In this document: positions 1 through 9,311 of the stretch, piece by piece
Position numbering within the stretch: position 1 is the stretch's first letter
Layout: the number at the start of each line of letters is the position of its first letter
DNA from: Wolbachia endosymbiont (group A) of Rhinocyllus conicus
Lineage (GTDB): Bacteria > Pseudomonadota > Alphaproteobacteria > Rickettsiales > Anaplasmataceae
Length of the DNA stretch: 32,000 nucleotides
NCBI RefSeq assembly: GCF_947250775.1
Contig: NZ_OX366349.1
Location: 1,060,372 to 1,092,371 of the forward strand
Direction: 5' to 3'
The notes under the pieces: model-generated
What the model was told of the DNA's origin: nothing
The model's input: only the letters and a program-made list of their open reading frames with translations
Databases searched by the model: none
Made by a program: the position numbers and the translations under genes

Positions 1-1
1 T

Positions 2-211
2 GGTAAATTAAAACAACTCAAGCGAAATAATGCAGTGTTGAATATCAATATGCCTGGTAATCCAGAACTATTTGCAGAGGCGAAACTTAATTTGTTAGGG
101 TTTCATCAAGATATAGACGGTGAATGGATAATTGACAGAGCAGAACACATGTTAGATGGTTCAGGTTATCGCACTATGTTATCAGCATCAACGTTAAGAA
201 AAAATCAGTAA
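2..211 (+). CDS. 3' end of a phage tail / late control gene D (gpD)-like protein; 5' end lies outside the window
   Basis: The frame is open from the window edge to TAA at 209-211. The translation is ...NINMPGNPELFAEAKLNLLGFHQDIDGEWIIDRAEHMLDGSGYRTMLSASTL. This resembles, from memory, the C-terminus of P2 gpD-family proteins (GF..IDG.W.I..v.H.l..sGy.T). The position just upstream of ankyrin and patatin genes matches WO prophage tail-module ends. Confidence 0.5.
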   Translation, partial: GKLKQLKRNNAVLNINMPGNPELFAEAKLNLLGFHQDIDGEWIIDRAEHMLDGSGYRTMLSASTLRKNQ

Positions 212-223
212 CCCAAATGTTTA

Positions 224-775
224 ATGTTGAAAAAAGTATTGAATATGAATAGAGACTCAAGAAATAAGCTACATTTTTGGTGGTTTATAGTAACAGTAGT
301 ATGTGTTATTATTACTTATTGCTATATGAAAGCAAAAGCTACAGATAATTATAAAACAATATTACAAATTGCATCTGAAAATTGTAACTTAGAGATTGTT
401 AAATTCTCAGTAGAAAATTTGTTAGATACTAGCGTACAGATTAATAAGTTAACAGCATTACATCATGCATCTGATTCTGGGTGTCTAAGAATTGTTGAGT
501 TTTTAGTGAAAGAAAAAGCAAATATAAATGCTACAGGTGGGTATATGGGATGGACAGCTTTGCACCATGCAGCAGATAAGGGACATTTGGAAATCGTTGA
601 GTTTTTACTAAGCAAAGGAGCAAATCCTACAGCTACAGCCCAAGACGGAAGAAGACCTAGAAATATGGCTGTAGTGGAATCGCGACACAATAAAAATAAC
701 AAACATTACGATAAAATCATAAAGCTACTTGCTAAAGCAGAGGATCAATACGAATCAACAAAAAGTAATCACTAA
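224..775 (+). CDS. Membrane-anchored ankyrin-repeat protein
   Basis: 183-aa ORF. It has an N-terminal hydrophobic helix (LHFWWFIVTVVCVIITYCYM). At least 3 ankyrin repeats follow (TALHHASDSGCLRIVEFLVKEKANINA; WTALHHAADKGHLEIVEFLLSKGANPTA). The start could be M1 or M8. Confidence 0.85.
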   Translation: MLKKVLNMNRDSRNKLHFWWFIVTVVCVIITYCYMKAKATDNYKTILQIASENCNLEIVKFSVENLLDTSVQINKLTALHHASDSGCLRIVEFLVKEKANINATGGYMGWTALHHAADKGHLEIVEFLLSKGANPTATAQDGRRPRNMAVVESRHNKNNKHYDKIIKLLAKAEDQYESTKSNH

Positions 776-841
776 AGCTGTAAGTTTTCTATGATCTCTA
801 TATAAATCCTCAAACTATCCATAATAGATTAATACTTTCAC

Positions 842-1069
842 ATGAAAAAGCAAAAAATCCCAATAGCGGTAATAATAACAATAGTTCTACAGACTGTAGG
901 ATTCATATGGTGGTTGTCCAAGCTAGACTCAAGGGTACAGCTTCACGATAAACTTATTGAATATGGTTTAATGGAAAAAGTGTTAGTACTTGAGGAAAGG
1001 GTGAAAAATCTTTCTGAGGAATTGGATGAGTTTAAATTACACGTTCTAAGCGGAAAAATTAAATCTTAA
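842..1069 (+). CDS. Small hypothetical membrane protein (TM helix plus coiled-coil-like tail)
   Basis: 75-aa ORF with one hydrophobic helix (IPIAVIITIVLQTVGFIWWL) and a charged heptad-like tail. It sits 20 nt upstream of the patatin gene on the same strand. No family was recognised. Confidence 0.45.
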   Translation: MKKQKIPIAVIITIVLQTVGFIWWLSKLDSRVQLHDKLIEYGLMEKVLVLEERVKNLSEELDEFKLHVLSGKIKS

Positions 1070-1089
1070 TACCCTTACCTAAATTCATA

Positions 1090-2025
1090 ATGATTAAATA
1101 TATTTTATCCGTTGATGGAGGTGGAATTAGAGGAATCATTCCTGCCATTATTCTAGCAGAAATAGAAAAAAGAACAAGAAAGAGAGTAGCTGAAATCTTT
1201 CACTTAATGGCAGGAACCTCAACCGGTGGAATTGTTATAGCAGGATTATGTAAAAAAGATAAACAAGGAAACCCTCAATATTCAGCCAATGATTTAGTCG
1301 AGCTTTACCAAAAATACGGGTCATATATTTTTAAATCTTCATTTTTGAGAAGATCAATATTTTCTTGGCTTAATTGCGCACAATACCCACATAAAAATAT
1401 TGAATTTGTACTGGATAAATATTTTGGTGATGATACTTTACAAAACACCTTAAATAATGTACTGATTGCAAGTTACGATGTTCACAATAATTGCCCTTTC
1501 TTTTTTAAGAGCTGGAGAGAAGATAGAAATTTTATCAAATTGAAAGATGCATTACGAGCTACAACTGCAGCACCTACTTACTTTGTACCTAAATATCTTA
1601 AAATCAACCAAAAGGAAATGGTATTAGTGGATGGAGGGGTTTTTGCCAATAATCCAGCGGCTTGTGCATATGCAAGTAGTAAAAGGTTATTTCCAAATGA
1701 TGATATTCTACTGTTATCGATAGGTACTGGAAGAACAGATAGAAGCATAGAGTATGTTAATTCAAGAAGATTTGGAAAAATAGGATGGATCAAGCCACTA
1801 CTACATGTGATGTTTTCTTCAAGTTTAGATGCAGTAAACTATCAACTTAATCAAGTTATAGCTGATAAATATATACGTATACAATCGCAATTAAAAATAG
1901 CATCAGCTGAGATGGATAATATTACATCAAAAAATATCAAATCTCTTCAGGAGGAGGCAAATGCAATGATAGAGGAAAATCAGAAAGTGATAGAAAAATT
2001 CTGTATAGAAATATTAAATATATAA
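1090..2025 (+). CDS. Patatin-like phospholipase
   Basis: The oxyanion motif DGGGIRG is at aa 9-15. The GxSxG lipase motif GTSTG has Ser44 at nt 1219-1221. The catalytic Asp motif is VLVDGGVFANNP. Together these form the full patatin Ser-Asp dyad signature. Confidence 0.93.
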   Translation: MIKYILSVDGGGIRGIIPAIILAEIEKRTRKRVAEIFHLMAGTSTGGIVIAGLCKKDKQGNPQYSANDLVELYQKYGSYIFKSSFLRRSIFSWLNCAQYPHKNIEFVLDKYFGDDTLQNTLNNVLIASYDVHNNCPFFFKSWREDRNFIKLKDALRATTAAPTYFVPKYLKINQKEMVLVDGGVFANNPAACAYASSKRLFPNDDILLLSIGTGRTDRSIEYVNSRRFGKIGWIKPLLHVMFSSSLDAVNYQLNQVIADKYIRIQSQLKIASAEMDNITSKNIKSLQEEANAMIEENQKVIEKFCIEILNI

Positions 2026-2064
2026 CTATCTTTACTTATATCTTAATATATTGTTTAACACAAT

Positions 2065-2970
2065 TCAATTTTCACACTCATCAGCAGTTAGGCCACTTGC
2101 TCGCAAAATAACATCAGTAGAAACACCCGCCTTCACTAGATTTTTCGCAACCTTGATCTTTTCTGTTTTTTTTACTTTCTCTTTGCTATTCTTCATATCC
2201 CTAGATAAAAATTTCTTCACTAATTCTTGCTCTTCAGTTTTTCTTAGTAAATTAAGTAGTTCACTATCTTCATTTGTTTTAGGTAGCAGAGCTTTAATAT
2301 TCACTGATAATTCTCCTGCTATTTCATATAATTTATCTAATGATATGGCAGTATACCCTTTTTCATATTCGTGTATTTCCTTGAGTGTTACACCAACTTT
2401 ATCCGCCAAATCTTTTTGAGTATACCTTCTTATCAATCTCCATTCTCTTATTCTTTGCCCTATTTTGTAATATATAAAATCAGTGCAGATTTCTCTCTCT
2501 GTATTATCATACTCATAAATAGATAAGCCCGTTACCTGGGAAATAACATCAGTAGAAACTCCTTCTTTTACTAGATTTTTTGCTACCTCTAATCTTGCCT
2601 CTTCTTGATTAATTTTTTCGCTAATATGAACAAACCTGACTAATGAAGGTACTATTTTGCCTAACTTTTGATTCTCGTATATTTTTGTTAGATAGAGTAT
2701 TTCCTCGTCTTCATAGCTGTCTTCCCTTACTATTACTGATTCAGGTAATAAATCTACAACATCAACTGATAATACTCTTGCTATTACATATAGTACTTCA
2801 ATTGGAATAGAACTATACCCATTTTCATAGCTGTTTACCCCTTGGTATGTTAAACCTATTTGACCTGCTAATCCTATTTGAGTATGACCTCGAATTAACC
2901 TACAATTTTCTATTCTTTGCCCTATTCCATAGCTAACATTGCTTGCAGAAACAAACACATATACCTCCAT
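2065..2970 (-). CDS. XRE-family transcriptional regulator, internally duplicated (2 x [HTH_3 + C-terminal 'AKNLVKxGVSTDVI..TGLS' module])
   Basis: Two HTH_3-like segments are present (GQRIENCRLIRGHTQIGLAGQIG..., GQRIREWRLIRRYTQKDLADKVGVTLKEIHEYEKG). Each is followed ~60 aa later by VAKNLVKEGVSTDVISQVTGLS or VAKNLVKAGVSTDVILRASGLT. Confidence 0.85.
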   Translation of the reverse strand: MEVYVFVSASNVSYGIGQRIENCRLIRGHTQIGLAGQIGLTYQGVNSYENGYSSIPIEVLYVIARVLSVDVVDLLPESVIVREDSYEDEEILYLTKIYENQKLGKIVPSLVRFVHISEKINQEEARLEVAKNLVKEGVSTDVISQVTGLSIYEYDNTEREICTDFIYYKIGQRIREWRLIRRYTQKDLADKVGVTLKEIHEYEKGYTAISLDKLYEIAGELSVNIKALLPKTNEDSELLNLLRKTEEQELVKKFLSRDMKNSKEKVKKTEKIKVAKNLVKAGVSTDVILRASGLTADECEN

Positions 2971-3007
2971 TTAAGAAAAAACTTTATTGCTATAATTTTT
3001 TTACGAG

Positions 3008-3922
3008 CTATCCATCTAAAACCATATCAATGGATAAACCTACTGCTTGCAAAATAATATCAATAGAAATTCCCCCTTTTACTAGATCCTTTGCAACTTT
3101 AATCCTTTCTATCTCTCTCACTTTCTCCTCACAAATACGTATTCCCTCAAACAGAGATTTTATTAGTGCATTACGTAGTTCTTGGCTCTCAATTTCTTTG
3201 TATTCTTTAATCAAATCAGGTAGCTCATTTTCTATCTCATCTCCTGTGAGTTCAAGTAGGTCCATAATGTTAATTGATAACACCTTTGCTATTCCATATA
3301 ATTTATCAAGTGGAACAGAAGTCCTTCCTTGTTCATAGTTGCTTATTTCGTGACGGGTTGTATTCATTTTCTCTGCTAAATCTTTTTGAGTATACTCTCT
3401 CACTAGCCTCCATTCTTTTATCTTCTTTCCTATTTGGTAGTAGATAGAACCTGTTTTTTCTTCAACACATTCATCAGCAGAGAGACCAATTGTTTTCGAA
3501 ACAACGTCAACAGAAATTCCTGCTTTGACCAAACCTTTTGCAATCTTTATTTTCTCTGCTTTTTTACTACTTTTCTCACTAACTTGAACAAATTTGGTTA
3601 ATAAACAAAACATCCTACGTAACTCATGATCGTTAATCTTTTTATATTCTCTTACTAGATTTAATATTTCCTCTCCCTCATCTTCAAGACAGCTTTTTGA
3701 TACAGGAATAAGATCAGTAATACTGATTGATAGTGCCTCAGCTATAGCATACAACCTTTCAATTGAAATTCTACGGTTCCCTTTCTCATATTGCAGTATC
3801 ACCCAATACTTTACACCAACTTTCTCCGCTAAATCCTTCTGAGTATAACCTCGCTCTAACCTCCAATTTTTTACTTTTTGCCCTACTTCATACTCTAGAC
3901 TTCTTTCCACGAAAAGAACCAT
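3008..3922 (-). CDS. XRE-family transcriptional regulator, internally duplicated paralog of 2065-2970
   Basis: The HTH_3 segments are VGQKVKNWRLERGYTQKDLAEKVGVKYWVILQYEKG and IGKKIKEWRLVREYTQKDLAEKMNTTRHEISNYEQG. The modules are IAKGLVKAGISVDVVSKTIGLS and VAKDLVKGGISIDIILQAVGLS. Confidence 0.85.
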   Translation of the reverse strand: MVLFVERSLEYEVGQKVKNWRLERGYTQKDLAEKVGVKYWVILQYEKGNRRISIERLYAIAEALSISITDLIPVSKSCLEDEGEEILNLVREYKKINDHELRRMFCLLTKFVQVSEKSSKKAEKIKIAKGLVKAGISVDVVSKTIGLSADECVEEKTGSIYYQIGKKIKEWRLVREYTQKDLAEKMNTTRHEISNYEQGRTSVPLDKLYGIAKVLSINIMDLLELTGDEIENELPDLIKEYKEIESQELRNALIKSLFEGIRICEEKVREIERIKVAKDLVKGGISIDIILQAVGLSIDMVLDG

Positions 3923-4017
3923 ACATACAATATTTTCTACTATAGCTCAATTTTGTTAAGGCTCCAGATATAATGGTAAAAAAAACCTCTGGAACCTTAA
4001 AGTTGCCTGTAGACGCA

Positions 4018-5205
4018 TTAAAGTTCCCGAAAGGTTTCTTTACTACCTCCACATACCCTATTTACCCATGAAGACGGAGACAATACTTCATCATTGCTAA
4101 TCTCTTTTATAGCATACTTTTCACTCCATATGCCACATCTAGTGAAATTACCTTTCTCTACTGCTTCTTGAAGTTTTACTCCCCCAAAAAGGCAGTTTTT
4201 TCCTATTTCTTCGTCTCTTTTTTGTAACTCAGCCCACATTTCCTTATTTTCTACTCTCACTTGCACCTGATCTGCCTCTTGGTACAACACAATATTTAGC
4301 TTACCAATGCTCGTAGGAAATTCTAATACAATAGAGCTGCCATCTGAAATATCGGTATAGTTTCTTATACCTCCCTTCTCACTTTTAACCTCAACTGCAT
4401 CATTACCAATTTTTAAAATATTACTTCCTAACTTTCTGTTTGCTTCCAGTATTTTGGCTACCTCTACCTTGCTATCTTCAGAAAATTCCATGAAAAGCAT
4501 TTTGTTATCTATTTCGATATCTATTAATGCTCCTTCCTGAACAGCACTTTCACCAGCTTTTCCTAGTTCTTCTAGTTGCTTATCTATCTGTGGCTGAATT
4601 TCTGGTTGTAGCTCATTATAGATTTCACCTATCAGTTTATTCTGTAGTAGAGTATCATGAAACTCTGCACCGCTTAACATTAATTTACGTATTACCTTTT
4701 TACGATCAACCTTATCAAATTTATGAAAATGTGTACCTAATACTACATACTCTGCGAAACTCCATTCCCCATCATTACATGCATTTAGCCTTACTCCATC
4801 ATCTATTACTTCATCTATAACTTTATTCATCTCTTTTAAACTTTTTGCTCTTACCACAGCACTTTTAAACCAGCTCAATTTTTCGCTTTCGCTTATACTT
4901 GGCTTTATTTTTTGCAAGACAGAGGTAAATGGATTTTTATCTTCTTGATCACTTATAGGTTTTGTGCCATATATGTAATCAAGTCCCTTTCCGTAGTTGA
5001 TTTGAACGTCTCTATTAGGGAAGGGCACTTCTCCAGGTTTTTTAGCCTTATTGGTTTTGCTTACAAAGGTGGACTGCTGGTTAACACGACCAATTCCTAT
5101 AATAGCATTTAACATCTCACCTTCTGATAATTTATCAAGATCAACGTTTAATTGATAAGTACCTCCTTTCTTATCATCAAAAGGTACAATTATTTTATTA
5201 CCCAT
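4018..5205 (-). CDS. Hypothetical protein (395 aa), no recognisable family
   Basis: This is a long uninterrupted ORF in AT-rich DNA on the same strand as its neighbours. I could identify no motifs. Confidence 0.6.
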   Translation of the reverse strand: MGNKIIVPFDDKKGGTYQLNVDLDKLSEGEMLNAIIGIGRVNQQSTFVSKTNKAKKPGEVPFPNRDVQINYGKGLDYIYGTKPISDQEDKNPFTSVLQKIKPSISESEKLSWFKSAVVRAKSLKEMNKVIDEVIDDGVRLNACNDGEWSFAEYVVLGTHFHKFDKVDRKKVIRKLMLSGAEFHDTLLQNKLIGEIYNELQPEIQPQIDKQLEELGKAGESAVQEGALIDIEIDNKMLFMEFSEDSKVEVAKILEANRKLGSNILKIGNDAVEVKSEKGGIRNYTDISDGSSIVLEFPTSIGKLNIVLYQEADQVQVRVENKEMWAELQKRDEEIGKNCLFGGVKLQEAVEKGNFTRCGIWSEKYAIKEISNDEVLSPSSWVNRVCGGSKETFREL

Positions 5206-5312
5206 ATTATCCTCACTATTAAAAATACTTTTTAAGCGTACAATAAACTTTATTATTATACATTCTATTACTCATTATAAATTATAGTGAGTAGATTTGC
5301 AAATATTTTCTG

Positions 5313-5969
5313 CTATAACAATCCGTTTTCTCGAAAGCTGAAATAGCCTCCACTTGTGATGATAATATGGTCAAACAATTTTACGCTTACAGTACTACAT
5401 GCTGCTGCTAAGCTCTTCGTTACTTCTTGATCTTCTTCTGATGGTTCTAAGCGTCCCCCAGGATGGTTGTGTGACATTATTACTAATGTTGCATTCTTTA
5501 TTAATGCTTTTCTTATAATTTCCTTTATGTACACTGGTGCTTTTTCCATTTCACCAATATAGGATTCTTCTCCGATTAGTTGGCGCCTTTTATTCAAGTA
5601 CAGTATTTTTACACATTCCCTCTCTGCATGACCTATACTTACGTTCAAGTATTCTACTAGCCCTTGTAAGTCCATGATTGGTTCTCCCTTGAGCTTTTCT
5701 CTCAGTACCCTTTCTAGTGTTTCCTTAACGCACATAATCATTGCTACTGCAGAATCAGTTACTCCTTCTATAACTTTCAGGTCATCCATTTCTCTACCTA
5801 AAATCCTTCCTACTCCCGTATAAGTATTCACCAGATTTTTAGCAATTTCTTGAGCCTGTGGCCTTTCATGTACTGCACTTAAAAACGTTTCCATTATTTC
5901 ACGATCAAGTAGTGCTTTACCTTTGCTTTCTAATATTCTGAATTCTATTTCTTCTTTACTTTTATTCAT
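5313..5969 (-). CDS. radC: RadC-like JAB/MPN-domain protein
   Basis: The JAMM-type motif MSHNHPGG is followed by EPSEEDQEVT. The N-terminal helix-hairpin-helix-like region and the length (218 aa) are typical of RadC/DUF2466. Confidence 0.9.
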   Translation of the reverse strand: MNKSKEEIEFRILESKGKALLDREIMETFLSAVHERPQAQEIAKNLVNTYTGVGRILGREMDDLKVIEGVTDSAVAMIMCVKETLERVLREKLKGEPIMDLQGLVEYLNVSIGHAERECVKILYLNKRRQLIGEESYIGEMEKAPVYIKEIIRKALIKNATLVIMSHNHPGGRLEPSEEDQEVTKSLAAACSTVSVKLFDHIIITSGGYFSFRENGLL

Positions 5970-6154
5970 ATAATTTACCCTTCACTAACAACAAACTTTT
6001 TTTAAATATTTACTGCTGTTTTTTATCAGCATTGGCATAAAGCCATAGCTTCCGAGCGAAGTCAAATCAATTTCTCAATCTTTTTTACTTATTTTTTCAT
6101 TAATAAGTTAAGATATTAACAGATGATTATTTTATCTAATTGAAAATTAATTCT

Positions 6155-7079
6155 TTATGTAAAAGAAGTTGTTACTATTTTAGAAATAACATCAGTAGAA
6201 AAACCTAACTTGAGTAAATTATTTGCAACTTTCATTCCCTCTATTTTATCAATCTTCTCTTTGTAAATTTGCTTTCTTTGCAATAAAAATTCTACCCATA
6301 TATTTAGCTCATCTCGTGATTCTTGATTGTCAATTTTTCTATATTCTCTTGCCCAACTTAATAACTCATTTTCTGCTTCGCAATCATTTTCTTTGTATTC
6401 CTTTATCAGATCTTCAACATCCACTGATAATTCTCTTGCTATCTCCCACAACCTTTCACTTAAAAGAGTAACGCTACCTTGTTCATAGTGATGTATCTGT
6501 GAGGGACCTACATCTAGCTTTTTTGCTAATTCTTCTTGTGTATATCCTCTTCCACTTTTTTATCTCTTGTCCTCCGTTTGGCTCGTATCTCTCTATTATC
6601 AGCATATTCCTTAGTTGATAAGCCCGTTGCTCGATAGATAATGTCATTATCAAACCCCGCCTTAACTAGATTCCTTGCAATTCTTATTCTTGCTGCTTTT
6701 ATATTACTTTCTTCCTCAGTTCGGATAGATTTGGTTAATGCATAAATTGCTTTTCGTCCTTCTATTTTTTTGTATTTTTCTATGAAATTATACATTTCCT
6801 GGCTCCTAGCTTCATCAAAACAACTGCTCTCTTTTAGTACTTTTCGTCTTGGAAGGAGATTTCTAATAGGGATTGATAACGACTCTGCTATGATTTTTAA
6901 CTTTTCAACTGGAATGCCACATGTTCCTTGCTTAGCAGCGTGTGGTAGTTTATGCTTGTTTTGTCTACTAAGTCTTTCAGAGTATATTTTCTCTTTAACC
7001 TCCAGCTTTTTACTTTTTGTGCTATTTTGTATCTTATCGAGATATTTGCCATAAATATTATATAGGTTAATACTACCAA
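6155..7079 (-). pseudogene. Decayed third paralog of the double-HTH regulator, split over three reading frames
   Basis: HTH #1 begins in ORF 6897-7079 (YKIAQKVKSWRLKRKYTLKDLVDKTSINYHTLLSKE). It continues in the frame of ORF 6526-7125 (QGTCGIPVEKLKIIAESLSIPIRNLLP ... IARNLVKAGFDNDIIYRATGLS). HTH #2 (GRGYTQEELAKKLDVGPSQIHHYEQGSVTLLSERLWEIARELSV) then resumes in a third frame and runs into ORF 6155-6451 (VANNLLKLGFSTDVISKIV). The frame breaks lie at ~6924-6936 and at the T6 (A6 on the coding strand) run at 6556-6561. Confidence 0.6.
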
Positions 7080-7165
7080 ATAAAGATATACAAAATGTTT
7101 GCATTTTAGTTGAATATTTCTTCACAATTGTGTATAATTATTAATGCTTTTTATCTTACTTTCTC

Positions 7166-8059
7166 ATGGCTCTTTCTAAGTTTCTCGATCCAAAAAATGA
7201 TATATCGTTCAAGCGCATCTTTGGCACTGAAAAAAATAAGGACATTCTTATTCACTTCCTTAATGATATCCTTGGCTTCACTGGCAAAAGTACAATAAAG
7301 GATATAGAGTTTTTAAGTACTATTCAAGACCCTGACATTGCCTCTAAAAAACAAAGCATTGTCGATGTTCTTTGTAAAGATGAAAATGGGCTGCAAGTGA
7401 TAGTCGAAATGCAGGTCGCTAAAACCAAAGGCTTTGAGAAACGTGCCCAATATTATGCTGCTAAAGCTTACTCAAGACAGGCTGATAAAGGTGATCAATA
7501 CCATGACCTTAAGGAAATTATCTTTATTGCTATAGCAGATTGTATACTGTTTCCTGATAAGTCTGAGTATAAGTCAAAGCATACTATTCGCGATGAATAT
7601 ACTAATGAGCATGATCTAAAAGATTTTTACTTTATATTTATTGAGTTGCCTAAATTTCCAAAAACCAAAGAAGATCAGCTTTCAAGTATAGTTGAAAAAT
7701 GGGTCTACTTCTTTAGATATGCAGATGAAACTAGTGAAGAAGAGCTAGAGAGAATAATAGGAAGTGATCTAATAATTAAAAGAGCATATGAAGAACTAAA
7801 TAGGTTCAACTGGTCAGAAAAAGAATTTATAGCCTATGAACAAGAGATCAAGCGTATTCGTGATGAACAGGCTGTCCTTGCTCAAAAACTCGATGATGCT
7901 AAACAAGAAGGCATCCTAATCGGCCATGAAAAAGGTAAAATTGAAGGTAAAATTGAAGTTGCAAAAAACTCACTCAAGGCCGGTGTATCTATAGATGTTA
8001 TAGCTCAAATTACCGGTCTCTCTAATTCTGAAATTTCACAACTCAAAGAAAAAACATAA
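7166..8059 (+). CDS. Rpn-family recombination-promoting nuclease / PD-(D/E)XK 'putative transposase' protein
   Basis: The N-terminus (LDPKNDISFKRIFGTEKNKDILIHFLNDIL) and the core (SIVDVLCKDENGLQVIVEMQV, a D...E-x-Q/K nuclease core) are typical of the TIGR01784/PDDEXK_2 family. The C-terminus carries the same VAKNSLKAGVSIDVIAQITGLS module seen in the neighbouring regulators. Confidence 0.85.
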   Translation: MALSKFLDPKNDISFKRIFGTEKNKDILIHFLNDILGFTGKSTIKDIEFLSTIQDPDIASKKQSIVDVLCKDENGLQVIVEMQVAKTKGFEKRAQYYAAKAYSRQADKGDQYHDLKEIIFIAIADCILFPDKSEYKSKHTIRDEYTNEHDLKDFYFIFIELPKFPKTKEDQLSSIVEKWVYFFRYADETSEEELERIIGSDLIIKRAYEELNRFNWSEKEFIAYEQEIKRIRDEQAVLAQKLDDAKQEGILIGHEKGKIEGKIEVAKNSLKAGVSIDVIAQITGLSNSEISQLKEKT

Positions 8060-8378
8060 TTATTCACTTTAACATTTATGAAAACCTTCTCTAAGTTAGA
8101 CATATTCCCTAATTAAGAATCTAGTGAACTGTCTAAAATGGCTATAAAGATTGAACATAGAATTATATAAATTACTATCATAACGAAACCCTCCTATTCA
8201 GCCTTCCATATCAAAAATACATACTGTAAGTTTAACACGGAGAGTACATTACCACTTATTTCCTAATCTCAGTCTTGTACCTCTAATTTCTACTTTATCT
8301 ATCTATAACCCTCAAACTTGCTACTGATCTCCCTTCTGATAAAGTTGAAGAGTTAAACAGAATGACATCCTTTTTTAC

Positions 8379-9311
8379 TTATTTGGTAAACCATAAAGTA
8401 CCTTCAATTCTTCCTAAAGTCTCAGCTCTAACTTTTTCAGCATGCAGCATTCCCTTTTGGATTTTCTTAGGTAATGGCATATTGTTAAATTTCTGATTTG
8501 TCGCTTTCATGGCCAACATGTTCAATGCAAACAATGTACTTGGTACATCAACTTGCACTGTAGCTCTTGTTAAATGCGCATGTTTAGAATTATGAGAACT
8601 TTGCTGGTTTTGATGAAAACCTTGTTGTTTTTGATTTGCACCACCTATCATTTTTCTACTATCTATTCTTTCATTACTAATCTTTTCAGACCATTTATTG
8701 TTTGCACTAATCATTGGTTTGTATTGGTTACTATGTTCATAGGAGCTGTTATCAAACTGTTTATGATTTACTATGTGCTCCTTTCTTTCACTAATCTTTT
8801 TAGATCGATCATCAAAGTAACTATGGTTTTTGTTGCCATTGTAAGATAAAGTAGGTTTTGACTTATTATGTAAAACCCCTGACTTCTGCTGTTTTTCATT
8901 ACTTATAATTTTGGATTGATTAACACTCCCGCTAATAACACTCTGTTTATTGTTTATTTTGCTTTCATATTGTTGTTTTGCTTGCCTGTCATTGCCACGT
9001 TTTTTGCTGTAGGCACCGGCATTCTTATCATTACCTTTACGAGCATCATACTTTGACATATATTGAAATTCCATCTCTTGTGCTTGATCATAGCTAGGCT
9101 GTTTTGATTTCCATTGATTGCTTGAGTCCATTTGAATATCTGTAAGTTTAGAATCTTTTAATTCTTTAGCTGTACCTCTGTATAACCCATTTACTAAATC
9201 TGATGCCAATTTTCCACCTTTTTCTTTTGCCCAACCACACAAACCATTTATCCATGAAGATGATCTTGTGCCACTACTTGCTACTGAATTTAGGGATTCA
9301 CTTGGCAAATG
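8379..9311 (-). other. C-terminal tail (310 aa): Q/N/K/S-rich low-complexity region plus a ~60-aa hydrophobic/helical terminus; candidate latrotoxin-CTD-like pro-domain
   Basis: The low-complexity stretch runs NQWKSKQPSYDQAQ...KQQGFHQNQQSSHNSKHAH. The ordered end is VQVDVPSTLFALNMLAMKATNQKFNNMPLPKKIQKGMLHAEKVRAETLGRIEGTLWFTK. The family assignment is speculative. Confidence 0.3.

Noticed and set aside
2051-3338. Plus-strand ORFs 2051-2419 and 2943-3338
   Set aside because: They lie antisense to the two HTH regulator genes. Their translations are S/F/L-rich with no motifs, so they are shadow ORFs.
6526-7125. Treating ORFs 6526-7125, 6897-7079 and 6155-6451 as three independent genes
   Set aside because: Their translations are consecutive fragments of one double-HTH regulator when compared with the intact paralogs at 2065-2970 and 3008-3922. 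They are better explained as one frameshifted gene.
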